A program made the translations under genes and the position numbers. Positions 34,085-44,307 of a stretch of DNA of 64,000 nt are shown here, piece after piece (positions within the stretch are counted from its first letter, which is position 1; each line of letters opens with the position of its first letter). This DNA comes from an uncultured Phycisphaerales bacterium (lineage in GTDB: Bacteria; Planctomycetota; Phycisphaerae; Tepidisphaerales; Tepidisphaeraceae). The DNA is taken from contig CAVWFQ010000004.1 of NCBI GenBank assembly GCA_963754335.1, forward strand, positions 205,866 to 269,865. Reading direction: 5' to 3'. The notes below the pieces were generated by a model that worked only from the letters and a program-made list of their open reading frames with translations, did no database searches and was not told where the DNA came from.

Positions 34085-35050
34085 TTGAAACTGGAGCAAA
34101 CGATGCGATTGCGAGCGGCGGCATTTTTCCTGGCGTACTTTTTCGTAGCGGCGAGCTTCGGCGCGAAAGTCGAACGAGACATCCCATACATCCCCAACGG
34201 CGATCCTGCCCAGGTGCTCGATCTTTACTTGCCGGATAAGCCTTCCGATAAGCCGTTGCCGGTGTTGGTCTGGATACACGGCGGAGGCTGGAGAGCTGGA
34301 AGCAAGAACGGGTGCCCGACCGCCCTTTGGGTACCCGACGGCTACGCGGCGGCCAGCGTCGAATATCGCTTCAGCAATAAGGCGGTTTTTCCCGCGCAGA
34401 TCCAGGATTGTCAGGCCGCCATCCGCTGGCTCCGCGCCAACAGCAAAAAATATGGCCTCGATCCGGAACACATCAGCGTTTCCGGAGATTCGGCCGGCGG
34501 GCATCTTGTCGCGCTGCTGGGCACTTCGGGAGGGACAAAAGCGTTTGCGCCGATCGGCGGCAATGAAGATCAGTCCGATCGCGTCCAGGCAGTGTGCGAT
34601 TTTTACGGGCCGTCTGACTTCAACACGGTGATGGCGCAGGCAGCCGCCGATCCAACCAGGAGTGTCATCAAGTTCAATACGCCTGAAGATCCGTACTCCA
34701 ATCTGATCGGCGTGCCCCTGGGATCGGATACCGCCAAAGGAGAAGCGGTCAGCCCGGTTCACTACGCCAGTAAGGAGAGCGCGCCGATGATCATCTTTCA
34801 GGGAACCGCCGATGCGCTCGTTCCGTTTGCGCAGAGCCAGGAGCTGGCCGACGCGCTCAAGAAAGCCGGAGCAAGCGTATGGCTTCAACCGATGCCCGGC
34901 TCTGGGCACGGCGGGCCTGCCTTCTCACTGCCGGCCGTCCACGATTTGATGAAGCGATTCTTTGATAAGTATCTCAAAGGGATGGATGAAAAAATCGAGG
35001 TGTTGCCGGACTCAGCGGTAACGGTGCCACCGCCGGTCGTGCCAAAATAG
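34085..35050 (+). CDS. secreted alpha/beta-hydrolase (esterase/lipase, carbohydrate-esterase-like)
   Basis: Signal peptide; oxyanion motif VWIHGGGW; nucleophile elbow GDSAGG; His near the C-terminus (GSGHG). Confidence 0.8.
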   Translation: MKLEQTMRLRAAAFFLAYFFVAASFGAKVERDIPYIPNGDPAQVLDLYLPDKPSDKPLPVLVWIHGGGWRAGSKNGCPTALWVPDGYAAASVEYRFSNKAVFPAQIQDCQAAIRWLRANSKKYGLDPEHISVSGDSAGGHLVALLGTSGGTKAFAPIGGNEDQSDRVQAVCDFYGPSDFNTVMAQAAADPTRSVIKFNTPEDPYSNLIGVPLGSDTAKGEAVSPVHYASKESAPMIIFQGTADALVPFAQSQELADALKKAGASVWLQPMPGSGHGGPAFSLPAVHDLMKRFFDKYLKGMDEKIEVLPDSAVTVPPPVVPK

Positions 35051-35418
35051 CTTGCCGGGTCGAGTCGAGCTTCCGTATGAAGTGATCATGCGGCCCCGTT
35101 CAGTCGTTAAAGGCGTCGCGTTCGACACCGCGGGTAATAAGTCCGGATTGCTCGATCTGTAATGTCCCCCAGATCCGGTTTCGTTCGTCCTATAGTTACC
35201 CAATCCCCCAGCAAGAAAATGACGAACCGCGCGGGAAGAAATACGGGCTGACCCCGGAACAATACTCTTGCCGTTCAAGCGTTCTGTATGTGAAAGTTCG
35301 ATCGAGGCGAGTTGATTTGAGTTGCGGCTCGTCTCCGGTCGATTGACAGACGCCGGGCGGACCTATTTTGTTTCGGGGATTTTTTTAGCACCCTTGTTTT
35401 TCACCTTTGGAGGAAAGC

Positions 35419-36090
35419 ATGTTGAGTCACACAATGATTGAATCGATGGAATCGCGCACGCTGATGTCGGCGGCGCCGACGCTCTACAGCCTGACGGTCC
35501 AGAAGGATCGGCTTGTTGTTCAGACCAAATTGTTGAAGTTCCAGATCGATGATTTGAGCGGCTCCGCCAAGCTCCTGGCTGACACGCAAAACATCAAGAA
35601 GGCACTGGCCAAGGGGGACACGAGTCTCGTGGCGGCGTTCACTCAATATCGCACGGACAACAAGGCGCTCGGTCTTGCGCTTCGCGAAGATCGTTTAGTC
35701 CAGTCGGCCGCCGCCCTGGCGGACCAGTCCGTCATCAAGCTCGACATTCTTCAGATATTGAAAGACAAGGGGAATGCGACGGCGGAGACCGCCGATCACT
35801 CCAAACTGGCCATGGATCGCGTCACCCTCCAGAACGATCTGATCGCGGGCATCAATTCGCGGATCATGACGCGGCAGGATGCTCAAACGACAATCGCCAA
35901 CGACACGGCGGCGATCGTCACCGCCGCCGACAACGATACCACCGATCCCAACCAGACCGCCCTGACGGCCGCGGTCAACGCGTTTTCCACGGACCGCAAC
36001 GCGAAACTGGCGACGCTGACCGCCGACCTGGGCGACGTCGAAGCCGCACGCACGCAGTTGATGACGGATCTGGGCGCCGAGCAGTCATAG
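35419..36090 (+). CDS. hypothetical protein (Ala/Thr/Asp-rich, predicted helical)
   Basis: GGAGGA ribosome-binding site 6 nt upstream of ATG 35419; followed by a strong intrinsic terminator. No family recognised. Confidence 0.45.
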   Translation: MLSHTMIESMESRTLMSAAPTLYSLTVQKDRLVVQTKLLKFQIDDLSGSAKLLADTQNIKKALAKGDTSLVAAFTQYRTDNKALGLALREDRLVQSAAALADQSVIKLDILQILKDKGNATAETADHSKLAMDRVTLQNDLIAGINSRIMTRQDAQTTIANDTAAIVTAADNDTTDPNQTALTAAVNAFSTDRNAKLATLTADLGDVEAARTQLMTDLGAEQS

Positions 36091-36140
36091 CCGCCGTCAT
36101 CGTCCCGAACAGGGACGACCCTGTCCGCGCAACAGAACGC

Positions 36141-36178
36141 GGCGCCCGCTGGGTTACCGGTGGGCGCCGTTTTTTTTT
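36141..36178 (+). terminator. rho-independent terminator
   Basis: GC-rich hairpin ggcgcccgctgg..ccggtgggcgcc followed by T9 (36169-36178). Confidence 0.8.
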
Positions 36179-36231
36179 GTCCAATGAACCAGCGCTGCCG
36201 ATTACATCGGATTTGGCAGAAATGTCAGGAT

Positions 36232-37491
36232 TCAATTTCCCGGCGCGGTCGACGGCAACGCGACAGCGCCGGCTACTGCCGCTTGTCCGACAGGATCGCC
36301 GGATTTGGTCGCACGCAGCTCTTGCGTCTCAAAATATCGCTTGAGCCCGAGGATCGGCTTTTCGAATAAGTGCCAGGACAACATGGCCGGCAGGAATGCG
36401 CTCGCAATCGCCACGATCAGGTAGAGAAAAAAGAAGAGAACGTGTGAACCGCCGGTCCAGTTTCGGAACATCCAGCGGCGCCAGTTTTCCAGCAGGGGAT
36501 GGAAGATATACATCGCGTAGCTGTACCGGCCGAAGAGCCGAAGGAGAGGAAATTCCAGCACGGCGATGAAGATCCGGGGTCGATAGATGGCCGGGAACGC
36601 CGCCATCCCCACGACCGCCGCGAAGAGAACCGCGGAAAGCGAGTAGCCAATTCGCTGAACCGGGAGGCGCATGTCCGCGTAACCGTGCGCCTTGACGTCG
36701 ACGGCGACGAGTGCCGCCAGGGAAAGAAAAATGACTGGCCACGTCCAACGGGAAAGCAATTGGCGCCCGAGTCGAGTCCGAATCAGGATTGCGACCGCGG
36801 CGCCGGTGGCCAGGCCGTCCATGCGACACGGCGTGAGGATGTAGCCGGCCAGCGACGCGTTTCCGTCGGCCGATAACCAATAGCGCAGGCTCACAGCGGT
36901 GATGACGACGATCGCGCATGTCGCCAGCAATTGCCGGCGTGTGAGGAGCAGTACGATCAGCGGCCAGACCAAATAGAAATGTTCCTCGACCGCGAGTGAC
37001 CAGAAATGATCGAGCGGGCCGATCCAGTCTCCGCGCAGCGTCATCAGGATGTTCGAGGCATAGACCCAATACCAGCGCTGGGTACTGAGGGTTGCGCCCA
37101 CCCAGTTCGTCATTCCGCTGAAGATGAGGCAGAGGATTGCAATTGCTCCAAGAACAAGGAAGTAAAGGGGGAAGATGCGCAACGTTCGCCGCGCATAGAA
37201 ATTTCGAAAATAGTGGGGTCGATCCCGAGTCTCCAGGAGAATTCCCGTGATGAGAAACCCGGAGAGCGCGAAAAATAAATCGACTCCCGTCCAGCCGAGG
37301 CGAAGTGGCTTACAGAGCAGGCTATAGTGATTTTGCTCTTCGACTTCGGCGCCGAAATGGAAGAGCATGACCATCAGGATAGCGACGCCGCGAAGTCCAT
37401 CGAGTGCGGTAATGTGACGAAAGCGTAAAGCCTTGATGGGCGAAAGATCGCTCGCCTGGGAGTTCTCTCCACTCTGAGGCATACGCACCAT
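36232..37491 (-). CDS. acyltransferase family 3 membrane protein (OatA/OpgC-like)
   Basis: Acyl_transf_3 N-terminal pattern (ITALDGLRGVAILMVMLFHF) and ~10 predicted TM segments. Confidence 0.8.
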   Translation of the reverse strand: MVRMPQSGENSQASDLSPIKALRFRHITALDGLRGVAILMVMLFHFGAEVEEQNHYSLLCKPLRLGWTGVDLFFALSGFLITGILLETRDRPHYFRNFYARRTLRIFPLYFLVLGAIAILCLIFSGMTNWVGATLSTQRWYWVYASNILMTLRGDWIGPLDHFWSLAVEEHFYLVWPLIVLLLTRRQLLATCAIVVITAVSLRYWLSADGNASLAGYILTPCRMDGLATGAAVAILIRTRLGRQLLSRWTWPVIFLSLAALVAVDVKAHGYADMRLPVQRIGYSLSAVLFAAVVGMAAFPAIYRPRIFIAVLEFPLLRLFGRYSYAMYIFHPLLENWRRWMFRNWTGGSHVLFFFLYLIVAIASAFLPAMLSWHLFEKPILGLKRYFETQELRATKSGDPVGQAAVAGAVALPSTAPGN

Positions 37492-37495
37492 ATCC

Positions 37496-38713
37496 CTACC
37501 ATCGCCGCTTCTGCGACGCGACCTTCATCGGCAGCCCGAAGAGATCGATAAATCCGCGGGCCGCGGTCACGTCGTAGCCTTCCATGCTGAAGCTGGCGAG
37601 CTGCGGATCATAAAGCGAATAGGGGCTCGTGACTCCCGCCGCGGTCGCCCGGCCCTTGAACAGCTTGATCTTCGCCTGTCCGGTGACCGCTGATTGGGTG
37701 TGATCCACGAAGGCTTGGAGCGCGTCGCGCAGGGGATGAAACCACTGTCCGTTGTAGACCAGGTCCGCATAACGCAAGGCGACCTGTTGCTTGAAATGAA
37801 AAGTATCGCGCTCGATGCAGATCTGCTCCAGGGCTTTGTGTGCTTCGTAAAGAATCGTGCCGCCGGGCGTCTCATATGCCCCGCGCGACTTCATGCCCAC
37901 CAGACGATTTTCCGCCAGTTGCGTTTGACCGACTCCATGGCGCCCGCCCATGAGGTTGAGCGTCTGCACGATTTCCTCGGCCGGCAAATTCTTCCCATTC
38001 ACGGCTACCGGATTCCCCGCCTCAAAATCGACGGTCACATATTCCGGCTCGTTTGGCGCCTTGGAGATGGGGACGGAAATAACCCACAAATCGTCCTTCG
38101 GTTCGTTGGCCGGCGATTCCAGGTCCGCCCCCTCGTGGCTGATGTGCCAGAGATTGCGGTCACGCGAATAGATTTTTTTCTTCGATTGATCGACGGGCAC
38201 GCCCATCTTGTTTGCGTAATCGATCGCGCTCTCCCGGTCGCGCAGTTCGAAAGAGGGGTCTTTCCAGGGAGCGATGATTTTCAATTCCGGCGCCAGGGCC
38301 ATGTAGGTCAGCTCGAAACGAACCTGGTCATTTCCCTTGGAGGTCGCGCCGTGGCCGACGCTATCCGCGCCCGTCTGCTGGGCGACTTCGACCTGATGCT
38401 TGGCGATAATCGGCCGGGCGATACTCGTGCCAAGCAGATAGTCGGTTTCGTAAGTGGCTTGCGCTCGCAGCATCGGGAAACAGAAATCCGTCGCGAACTC
38501 GCGACGCAGATCCCTGATCACGACTTCGTCGGCCCCGCTCTTGCGCGCTTTGTCCTCAATTCCTTTCAGTTCGTCTCCTTGTCCCAATTCGGCGGCGAAA
38601 GCCACGAGTTTCACGCCGGGATAGTGCCTCTTGAGCCAGGGAAGGATGACGCTGGTATCGAGTCCGCCGCTATAGGCCAGGACGATTTTCTTTGGATTGG
38701 CAGCCGTGGTCAT
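37496..38713 (-). CDS. argG: argininosuccinate synthase
   Basis: Full-length intact ArgG: AYSGGLDTS PP-loop, ATSKGNDQVRFE, typical 405-aa length. Confidence 0.95.
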   Translation of the reverse strand: MTTAANPKKIVLAYSGGLDTSVILPWLKRHYPGVKLVAFAAELGQGDELKGIEDKARKSGADEVVIRDLRREFATDFCFPMLRAQATYETDYLLGTSIARPIIAKHQVEVAQQTGADSVGHGATSKGNDQVRFELTYMALAPELKIIAPWKDPSFELRDRESAIDYANKMGVPVDQSKKKIYSRDRNLWHISHEGADLESPANEPKDDLWVISVPISKAPNEPEYVTVDFEAGNPVAVNGKNLPAEEIVQTLNLMGGRHGVGQTQLAENRLVGMKSRGAYETPGGTILYEAHKALEQICIERDTFHFKQQVALRYADLVYNGQWFHPLRDALQAFVDHTQSAVTGQAKIKLFKGRATAAGVTSPYSLYDPQLASFSMEGYDVTAARGFIDLFGLPMKVASQKRRW

Positions 38714-38796
38714 GATTGCTCCGAAAATTTCACAAAGCTGCAGAAGCTAAGGGAGCGCCGGGAAAACGTAAAGCGGAGTGCGTGACGAGTGCGTGA

Positions 38797-38978
38797 CAGA
38801 ATCGTCGGCAGAATTCTATCGCCCTCTCGCAGTACTCTGGGAGAGGGTTGGCGTGAGGGTCCTTCGACGATGCTCAGGACGGGCAATCCGCATGGCGCGT
38901 CGAAGACCCTCACCGCGCGCCCGCTCCCGGAGTACCGGGCGAGGGGGAGAGTTTCTGGGCCGCCGAATCTGTCAGGCA
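38797..38978. repeat. MITE-like composite palindromic repeat (family copy B)
   Basis: Terminal inverted repeats gacagaatcgtcggc / gccgccgaatctgtc. Internal arms gccctctcgcagtactctgggagagggttggcgtgagggtc and gaccctcaccgcgcgcccgctcccggagtaccgggcgaggg. Intergenic between argG and the SRPBCC gene. Confidence 0.85.
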
Positions 38979-39030
38979 TTCATTCAAAACTTTTGTCCTG
39001 CCGGCGGCCGCATCGTGCATAAAAGGTTTT

Positions 39031-39525
39031 ATGGCTCAGTATCACGAGTTGGCCGATCGCTTTGTGGTCGCCGCGGATTTGCAGACGACCTGGGCGTTTT
39101 TCTCTGCGCCCGAAAACCTTTCTTCGATCACGCCATCGTGGCTGAAATTCACGCTTCGCCCGCCCGCGCCCGAGTACATCGAAACAGGAACTCTGCTCAG
39201 TTACACGATTCGTTGGATGGGAATCCCCATCGGTTGGCGCACGCGCATTATCAATTGCTGTGCACCCCGGCAGTTCATCGATCTTCAGGTCAGCGGTCCC
39301 TACCGTCTCTGGCACCATACTCACACGTTCGCCGAGGTAGCGGATGGCGTCGAGTGTTCGGACCGCATTATCTACGCGCTCCCGATGGGCCCGCTCGGAA
39401 ATGCAATTCATGCGGTGTTCGTTAGGAATCAACTGTTGGAAATTTTCCACTTTCGGCGGAAGGTCATTGCGCAGCATCTTGGATGGGTGCGCGAGATGAC
39501 GCAGATCCGATCCGAACGTTTATAA
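39031..39525 (+). CDS. SRPBCC-superfamily protein (polyketide cyclase/dehydrase-like)
   Basis: 164 aa; pattern FVVAADLQTTWAFFSAPENL...GPYRLWHHTHTF typical of SRPBCC/START-like ligand-binding proteins. Confidence 0.55.
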   Translation: MAQYHELADRFVVAADLQTTWAFFSAPENLSSITPSWLKFTLRPPAPEYIETGTLLSYTIRWMGIPIGWRTRIINCCAPRQFIDLQVSGPYRLWHHTHTFAEVADGVECSDRIIYALPMGPLGNAIHAVFVRNQLLEIFHFRRKVIAQHLGWVREMTQIRSERL

Positions 39526-39533
39526 AACGGACG

Positions 39534-40421
39534 CTACCCGGGTGGCGTGGAAACATTTCCAGCGGACTGCGATTCATTGGCTGTTGCAAGCTGAGCCTGC
39601 TGTTTGTTGAGGATGTGCTTGGCGATTTCAAGACGGGTGATGACGGCGTCCATGTCCTGCGGCCGCCTTTCCTTTCGCGTGGCGATGCATTCCATCACCA
39701 GGTTGGAGAGGGCCGGGGGAACACGCGGGTTCATGCCGATCGGCGTTTCAATCGTCGCGTCGAGCAGAAAGCTGTTTTCGCCCTTCTTGTTGACGGTATA
39801 GAGCGTGGGAATCGGACGACCCGTCAGCGCCCAATAGAGCGTGGCCCCAAGGTTGTACACATCGGTCTGGATGGCAACCGGCCGGCGGCTGACCTGCTCC
39901 GGCGAAATGTAGTCCGGCGTCCCCTGAATGCGCTCTTTGGTCGTGCCAATCTTGCAACTCTGGCCGAAGTCGATGACCTTTACGGCACCCTGCTCGTTGC
40001 GGAGGATATTGTTGGGCTTGATGTCGCAATGCACCCACCCCATCTGGTGCAACGCCCGCAATCCCTCAGCGACCTTGATGAATGTGTCCGCCGTTTCCAG
40101 AAGCGAATTGGGCGGTCGAACATCCAATGGCTTTCCGTCGACCAGTTCCATCAGCATGAACGCTTCGGTGACCTTGAACATGATCGATCGGCGAATCTTC
40201 AACTCGAAACAGCGGCGAAGCATTGGATTGGTGAATTGGCGGCTGATTGCGAATTCCGTCTCCATCTGTTCGATGTAGCGGATATCCTTGGGCTCCTTCC
40301 GCACTACGTGTTTGAGTGCGTATAACCGTTTGCTGTCGGGGTCGACCACAGCAAAGATGGTGCTTCGCGCGCCTTCGCCAAGCCGCTCGATCACTTCGTA
40401 ATTAAGGAGTCGCTGCGCCAT
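39534..40421 (-). CDS. serine/threonine protein kinase
   Basis: Hanks-type motifs: YALKHV (VAIK-like), HCDIKPNNIL catalytic loop, DFG, GTPDYISPE. Confidence 0.9.
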   Translation of the reverse strand: MAQRLLNYEVIERLGEGARSTIFAVVDPDSKRLYALKHVVRKEPKDIRYIEQMETEFAISRQFTNPMLRRCFELKIRRSIMFKVTEAFMLMELVDGKPLDVRPPNSLLETADTFIKVAEGLRALHQMGWVHCDIKPNNILRNEQGAVKVIDFGQSCKIGTTKERIQGTPDYISPEQVSRRPVAIQTDVYNLGATLYWALTGRPIPTLYTVNKKGENSFLLDATIETPIGMNPRVPPALSNLVMECIATRKERRPQDMDAVITRLEIAKHILNKQQAQLATANESQSAGNVSTPPG

Positions 40422-40766
40422 TCAAACTGCTTCTGCTTCGGCACCATTCTCTTCGTGCAAGGCGGGACCGGAAACCGTCCAGCGGTCCTGGGCGCCCGCG
40501 TCGCAGTCGTCGTCCGCCTTTGATGGCGAATTTGCCCGAGCGCAGCCCTCGCCAATCAATTGTGACGCTGGCGCTTTCTGCTACTGCGAGTTGATCGTCC
40601 ACTGAGCCGATTGTCCCCACATCGATTTAGAGTAGGGCAAAGGCAGGCGAAGATCAAGAAAAACCAAGTTGGCCCGCGCCTCATACGCCCCACGGGTGCG
40701 AGTGGTTCGCAAAGCATGGATCCGGGAGAATCCGCCTTCTTGAAGTGCTTCTCCGCCCAGGAAAGC

Positions 40767-41438
40767 TTATCGGGATGAACGCTCCAGGCGCGACTGAAAT
40801 GCGGCCATCGGGAAGGAACGCCCCACCCCGGCGCTATCTGGGGCATCGGGGATCAGAATGAGGTTATTTGAGGAAATTCGAAGGCTTTTCTGCAACGTCG
40901 ACACCAGTTCGCTTAATCGCTGCTGCTGGGCCGCGGTCGGCTGGCCATGGTTAAGGTCGCCGATCAGACAGATGCTGATGCAGTCTTCCTCGATCCGGTC
41001 GAGCCCGGCAGTCACGCCGGCGGGAGATTGCTGCGTCCAGCGCTGCGAAATCTGCACTTCCCCGTCGGCGCCCCCTTTGCCGTTGCAGATAACGAAATGG
41101 TCGGCCAATCCCGCTTTGGAACCGGCCAGAGTAGCCGTGCTGCCCCCGGGAGTGCGGCTTTGGTGAATATAAATCGAATTCCATCGACCGGCGCGAAGGG
41201 GAATCGGGGTATCGAGCAAAACGTCCAGTGATTGAGACGATCCCACCGCCAGCAGGCTCTTGGCCGCATCCGGCGTCAGCGATGCCGGTGCAAGGGCCAG
41301 CAGCAGAGCGCTGGTTCCCGTCAGGGCCGCCACCAGGCTGGCGAAAACGACAAATTTTCGACGGGAATTCTGCCGCTCGGCTCCGACGCGTCGGGAGGCC
41401 GCATTTTTTCGCACGTTTGCTTTCGAGCGTTTCGCCAT
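40767..41438 (-). CDS. N-acetylmuramoyl-L-alanine amidase / PGRP-domain protein (Amidase_2-like), membrane-anchored
   Basis: N-terminal TM anchor; HFVICNGKGGADGEVQISQRW and ICLIGDLNHGQPTAAQQQRL resemble the Amidase_2 core. The C-terminal end is uncertain. Confidence 0.5.
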   Translation of the reverse strand: MAKRSKANVRKNAASRRVGAERQNSRRKFVVFASLVAALTGTSALLLALAPASLTPDAAKSLLAVGSSQSLDVLLDTPIPLRAGRWNSIYIHQSRTPGGSTATLAGSKAGLADHFVICNGKGGADGEVQISQRWTQQSPAGVTAGLDRIEEDCISICLIGDLNHGQPTAAQQQRLSELVSTLQKSLRISSNNLILIPDAPDSAGVGRSFPMAAFQSRLERSSR

Positions 41439-41732
41439 GACAAGACGATCCAATCAGGGTATGCCGTTAGGGTGTCAAGGTCCGATAAAAGGGCCTGTCT
41501 GCCCTCAACACCATCATCGGTCGCAGCGTGCAATCCCCTGTGAAAAATTTTGCATGGATTTCCATTCGGACCAGCGAGTCCCATCTACCCGCCAACAATC
41601 AAACCCTAACATACATTTCCCCGCCTGCAAAACGGGTTCGACGCTAGCCAGGTCCAATATTCAGATTCGATCAAGCTCATCGGAGAAAGGTTGCCGGACG
41701 CTGCCGGCTCGACTATCCATTGTGAAAACATG

Positions 41733-42236
41733 CGCATTCTGTTGATTCGACACGGCGTTGCGGAAGATCGGGAAGTCTGGGCCAAGGCAAAACGCGCCGA
41801 AGAAGACCGGCCGCTCACCAAGGCCGGCCGGCGGAAATTGCGCCGCGCCGCCAAAGCAATTCAGCAAATCGTTCCAGAAATTACGGTCGTAGCCAGCAGT
41901 CCGCTGGCCCGCGCGGTGCAGACCGCTCAAATCGTCGCCAAGCGGTTTCCGGACGCTCCACTTCTGCAAATCGCCCATTTGTCACCGCGCAGACAGCCGT
42001 CAGGCCTTCTGAACTGGCTGCAAACGCAACCTAAAGAGGCCACCATCGCGCTCATCGGCCACGAGCCGCATTTGAGCACATTTGCCGGATGGATGACGAC
42101 TGGGCTCCAGGAATCGTTCGTTGTCTTGAAAAAAGGGGGCGCCGCGTTGTTGCAAATCGGGCCGGAGCTTAAGCCTGCCCGGGCGAAAATTGAGTGGGTG
42201 CTCAAGCCAGGTCAATTGCGAAAAATGGCACGTTGA
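41733..42236 (+). CDS. sixA: phosphohistidine phosphatase SixA-like (histidine phosphatase family)
   Basis: RHG motif (MRILLIRHGVAED) and the second His in IGHEPHLS. Confidence 0.75.
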   Translation, partial: RILLIRHGVAEDREVWAKAKRAEEDRPLTKAGRRKLRRAAKAIQQIVPEITVVASSPLARAVQTAQIVAKRFPDAPLLQIAHLSPRRQPSGLLNWLQTQPKEATIALIGHEPHLSTFAGWMTTGLQESFVVLKKGGAALLQIGPELKPARAKIEWVLKPGQLRKMAR

Positions 42237-42324
42237 GCGGATCATCCGCATTGGACCCTCAATTTGCGGCTTAGCCCGGATTTGACCGTGAAATAATGAA
42301 AGATTCATAAATCACCGTTAGTTC

Positions 42325-44230
42325 TTGGGCATGAATCCCGCGCTATCAGGGAATACTACCAGCGGAGACGCCCGAATTTTTCGCCTTGGTCAGGATTCGC
42401 GGAGCGCCCGCAAGGCGGGTGTGTGGGGCCGCGCAGCCCCGGCGATCGAGCGCCTCCTGCGCCTTGACGAGTTGGAGGCGATCTATTCGCGCGTCTTTCG
42501 ACCGGGGTGCTCGGGCTCCGATGGATTCGTGCAGCGCGCTGGACGACCTGGGAATCACCTCGAGCGTGGAGAAGGGCGATTTGGATCGCATACCGCGTTC
42601 GGGCCCGCTGCTCATCGTTGCCAATCATCCCTTCGGCGCGCCCGAAGGTTTGCTTCTGATGCAGATGATCCGGAATATCCGGCCGGATCTGAAGATGATG
42701 GCCAACTCGATTCTGCAGCGAGTGCCGGAGCTCCGTGAGCTGATGATCTTTGTCGATCCGTACGGCGGGGAATTGAGCGTCAGCCGGAATCGGTCTGCGA
42801 TGCGCCGGGCGATTCAGATGGTCGCCGCGGGAGGTGCTCTTGGGGTTTTTCCGTCCGGCGACGTCGCTCACTTCGATCCGCGCGGAAGGATAGTTCGCGA
42901 ACAGCAATGGTCGGGCGCAATCGCCCGCATCGCCCGCCGGACCGGCGCCACGGTTCTTCCCGTCTATTTCGAGGGACGTAACAGCCTGCTGTTTCAACTG
43001 GCGGGGCTGCTGCATCCGCGCATTCGCAGCGCGCTGCTTCCCCGCGAGTTGCTCGCCAAGCGGAATCGTTGCATCAGGATGCGGATCGGATCTCCAATAC
43101 CGGCACGAAAATTTCCCGCCCTGGAAGACGACGCGGCGCTGGCCGCCTATTTCCGGGAACGAACGCTGATGTTGCGCCACCGGCCTGTCGGCGCCTCGCC
43201 GCTGGCGACGAAGCGCGGTCGCGCGGAGAGAGCCGCAGGACATTCATCTGCCGGACCGCAGCTGCCGATTCCCGATGCCGGACCCTGGCAGTGTATCGCC
43301 GCCGAGATCGAGGCACTGCCGGCCGAGCAGAAATTGGTGGAGGCGGACGAATTCGTCGTCGTTTTCGCCACCGAGCGACAGATCCCTCATGCGCTCTTCG
43401 AGATCAGCCGGCTGCGCGAAATCACCTACCGCGCCGTCGGCGAAGGCACCGGACGTGAGCTGGACCGCGACGAGTTCGACTCCTGGTACACCCACTTGTT
43501 TCTCTGGGACCGCTCGACTCGGCGAATTGTCGGGGCCTATCGCCTCGGCGCGACCGACCAGATTACGGCGCGGGCCGGTCTCGGCGGTCTCTACACGAGC
43601 ACGCTCTTTGATTACAACCCGGCCCTGCTCGATCGCCTTGGCCCGGCGCTCGAGCTCGGGCGCAGTTTTGTTCGCCTCGAATGCCAGAAGAGTTATTCGC
43701 CTCTCATGCTACTCTGGAAGGGAATCGGCCGGTATGTGGTGCGATTTCCGCGTTACCGAACGCTCTTCGGGCCGGTCAGCATCAGCGCTGAATACCAGCA
43801 TGCCTCGCGCGAGCTGATGGTGCAGTTCCTTGAAAGCCACCACGATGCCCCGGAACTGCGGCCGCTGGCACGGGCGCGGCAGCCGTTTGAAACGGGCGGA
43901 CCGAAACGACGACTCGACACTGCCCTGATCTCGCGATTCTCCAGTGATTCCGATGAAGTGACCGACTGGGTTTCCGACATTGAGCCCGACCACAAAGGAA
44001 TGCCAGTCCTGCTTCGCCAGTACCTGAAACTCGGGGCGAAATTTTTCGCCTACAACGTGGACACCGCCTTCAGTAATGCGCTCGATGCCCTGATGGTGGT
44101 GGATCTGGCCCAGACCAATCCGAAATTGCTCGAACGATACATGGGGCGCGAGGGGATCGAATCGTTCCGCTCGTTTCACGGGCTGGAGACGCCGAAAATC
44201 CGCAAAACGGTTTCCCCAATCTGCAACTGA
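42325..44230 (+). CDS. bifunctional acyltransferase, OlsF-like (N-terminal PlsC/LPLAT O-acyltransferase + C-terminal OlsB/GNAT-like N-acyltransferase), frameshifted near 42505
   Basis: HX4D acyltransferase motif (VANHPFGAPEG), FPSG(D) block, and a C-terminal GNAT-like hemolysin/OlsB-type domain. The N-terminus (AAPAIERLLRLDELEAIYSRVFRPG) sits in ORF 42325..42738 in a different frame from the body. Confidence 0.6.
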
Positions 44231-44307
44231 TTGGAATAGGGGCGTCCTCAATGTGACTTGCGGATTTTGTTGTACTTTTAGCGACCTCGGACACCCAATC
44301 CCGTAAT

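Noticed and set aside
35342-35376. sigma70-like promoter (TTGACA-15bp-TATTTT) upstream of the hypothetical gene at 35419
   Set aside because: The hexamers look good but the spacer is only 15 bp, and promoter consensus in this phylum is poorly defined; the support is too weak to list as a feature.
37694-38785. 363-aa + strand ORF
   Set aside because: Antisense to argG, which is intact and unambiguous.
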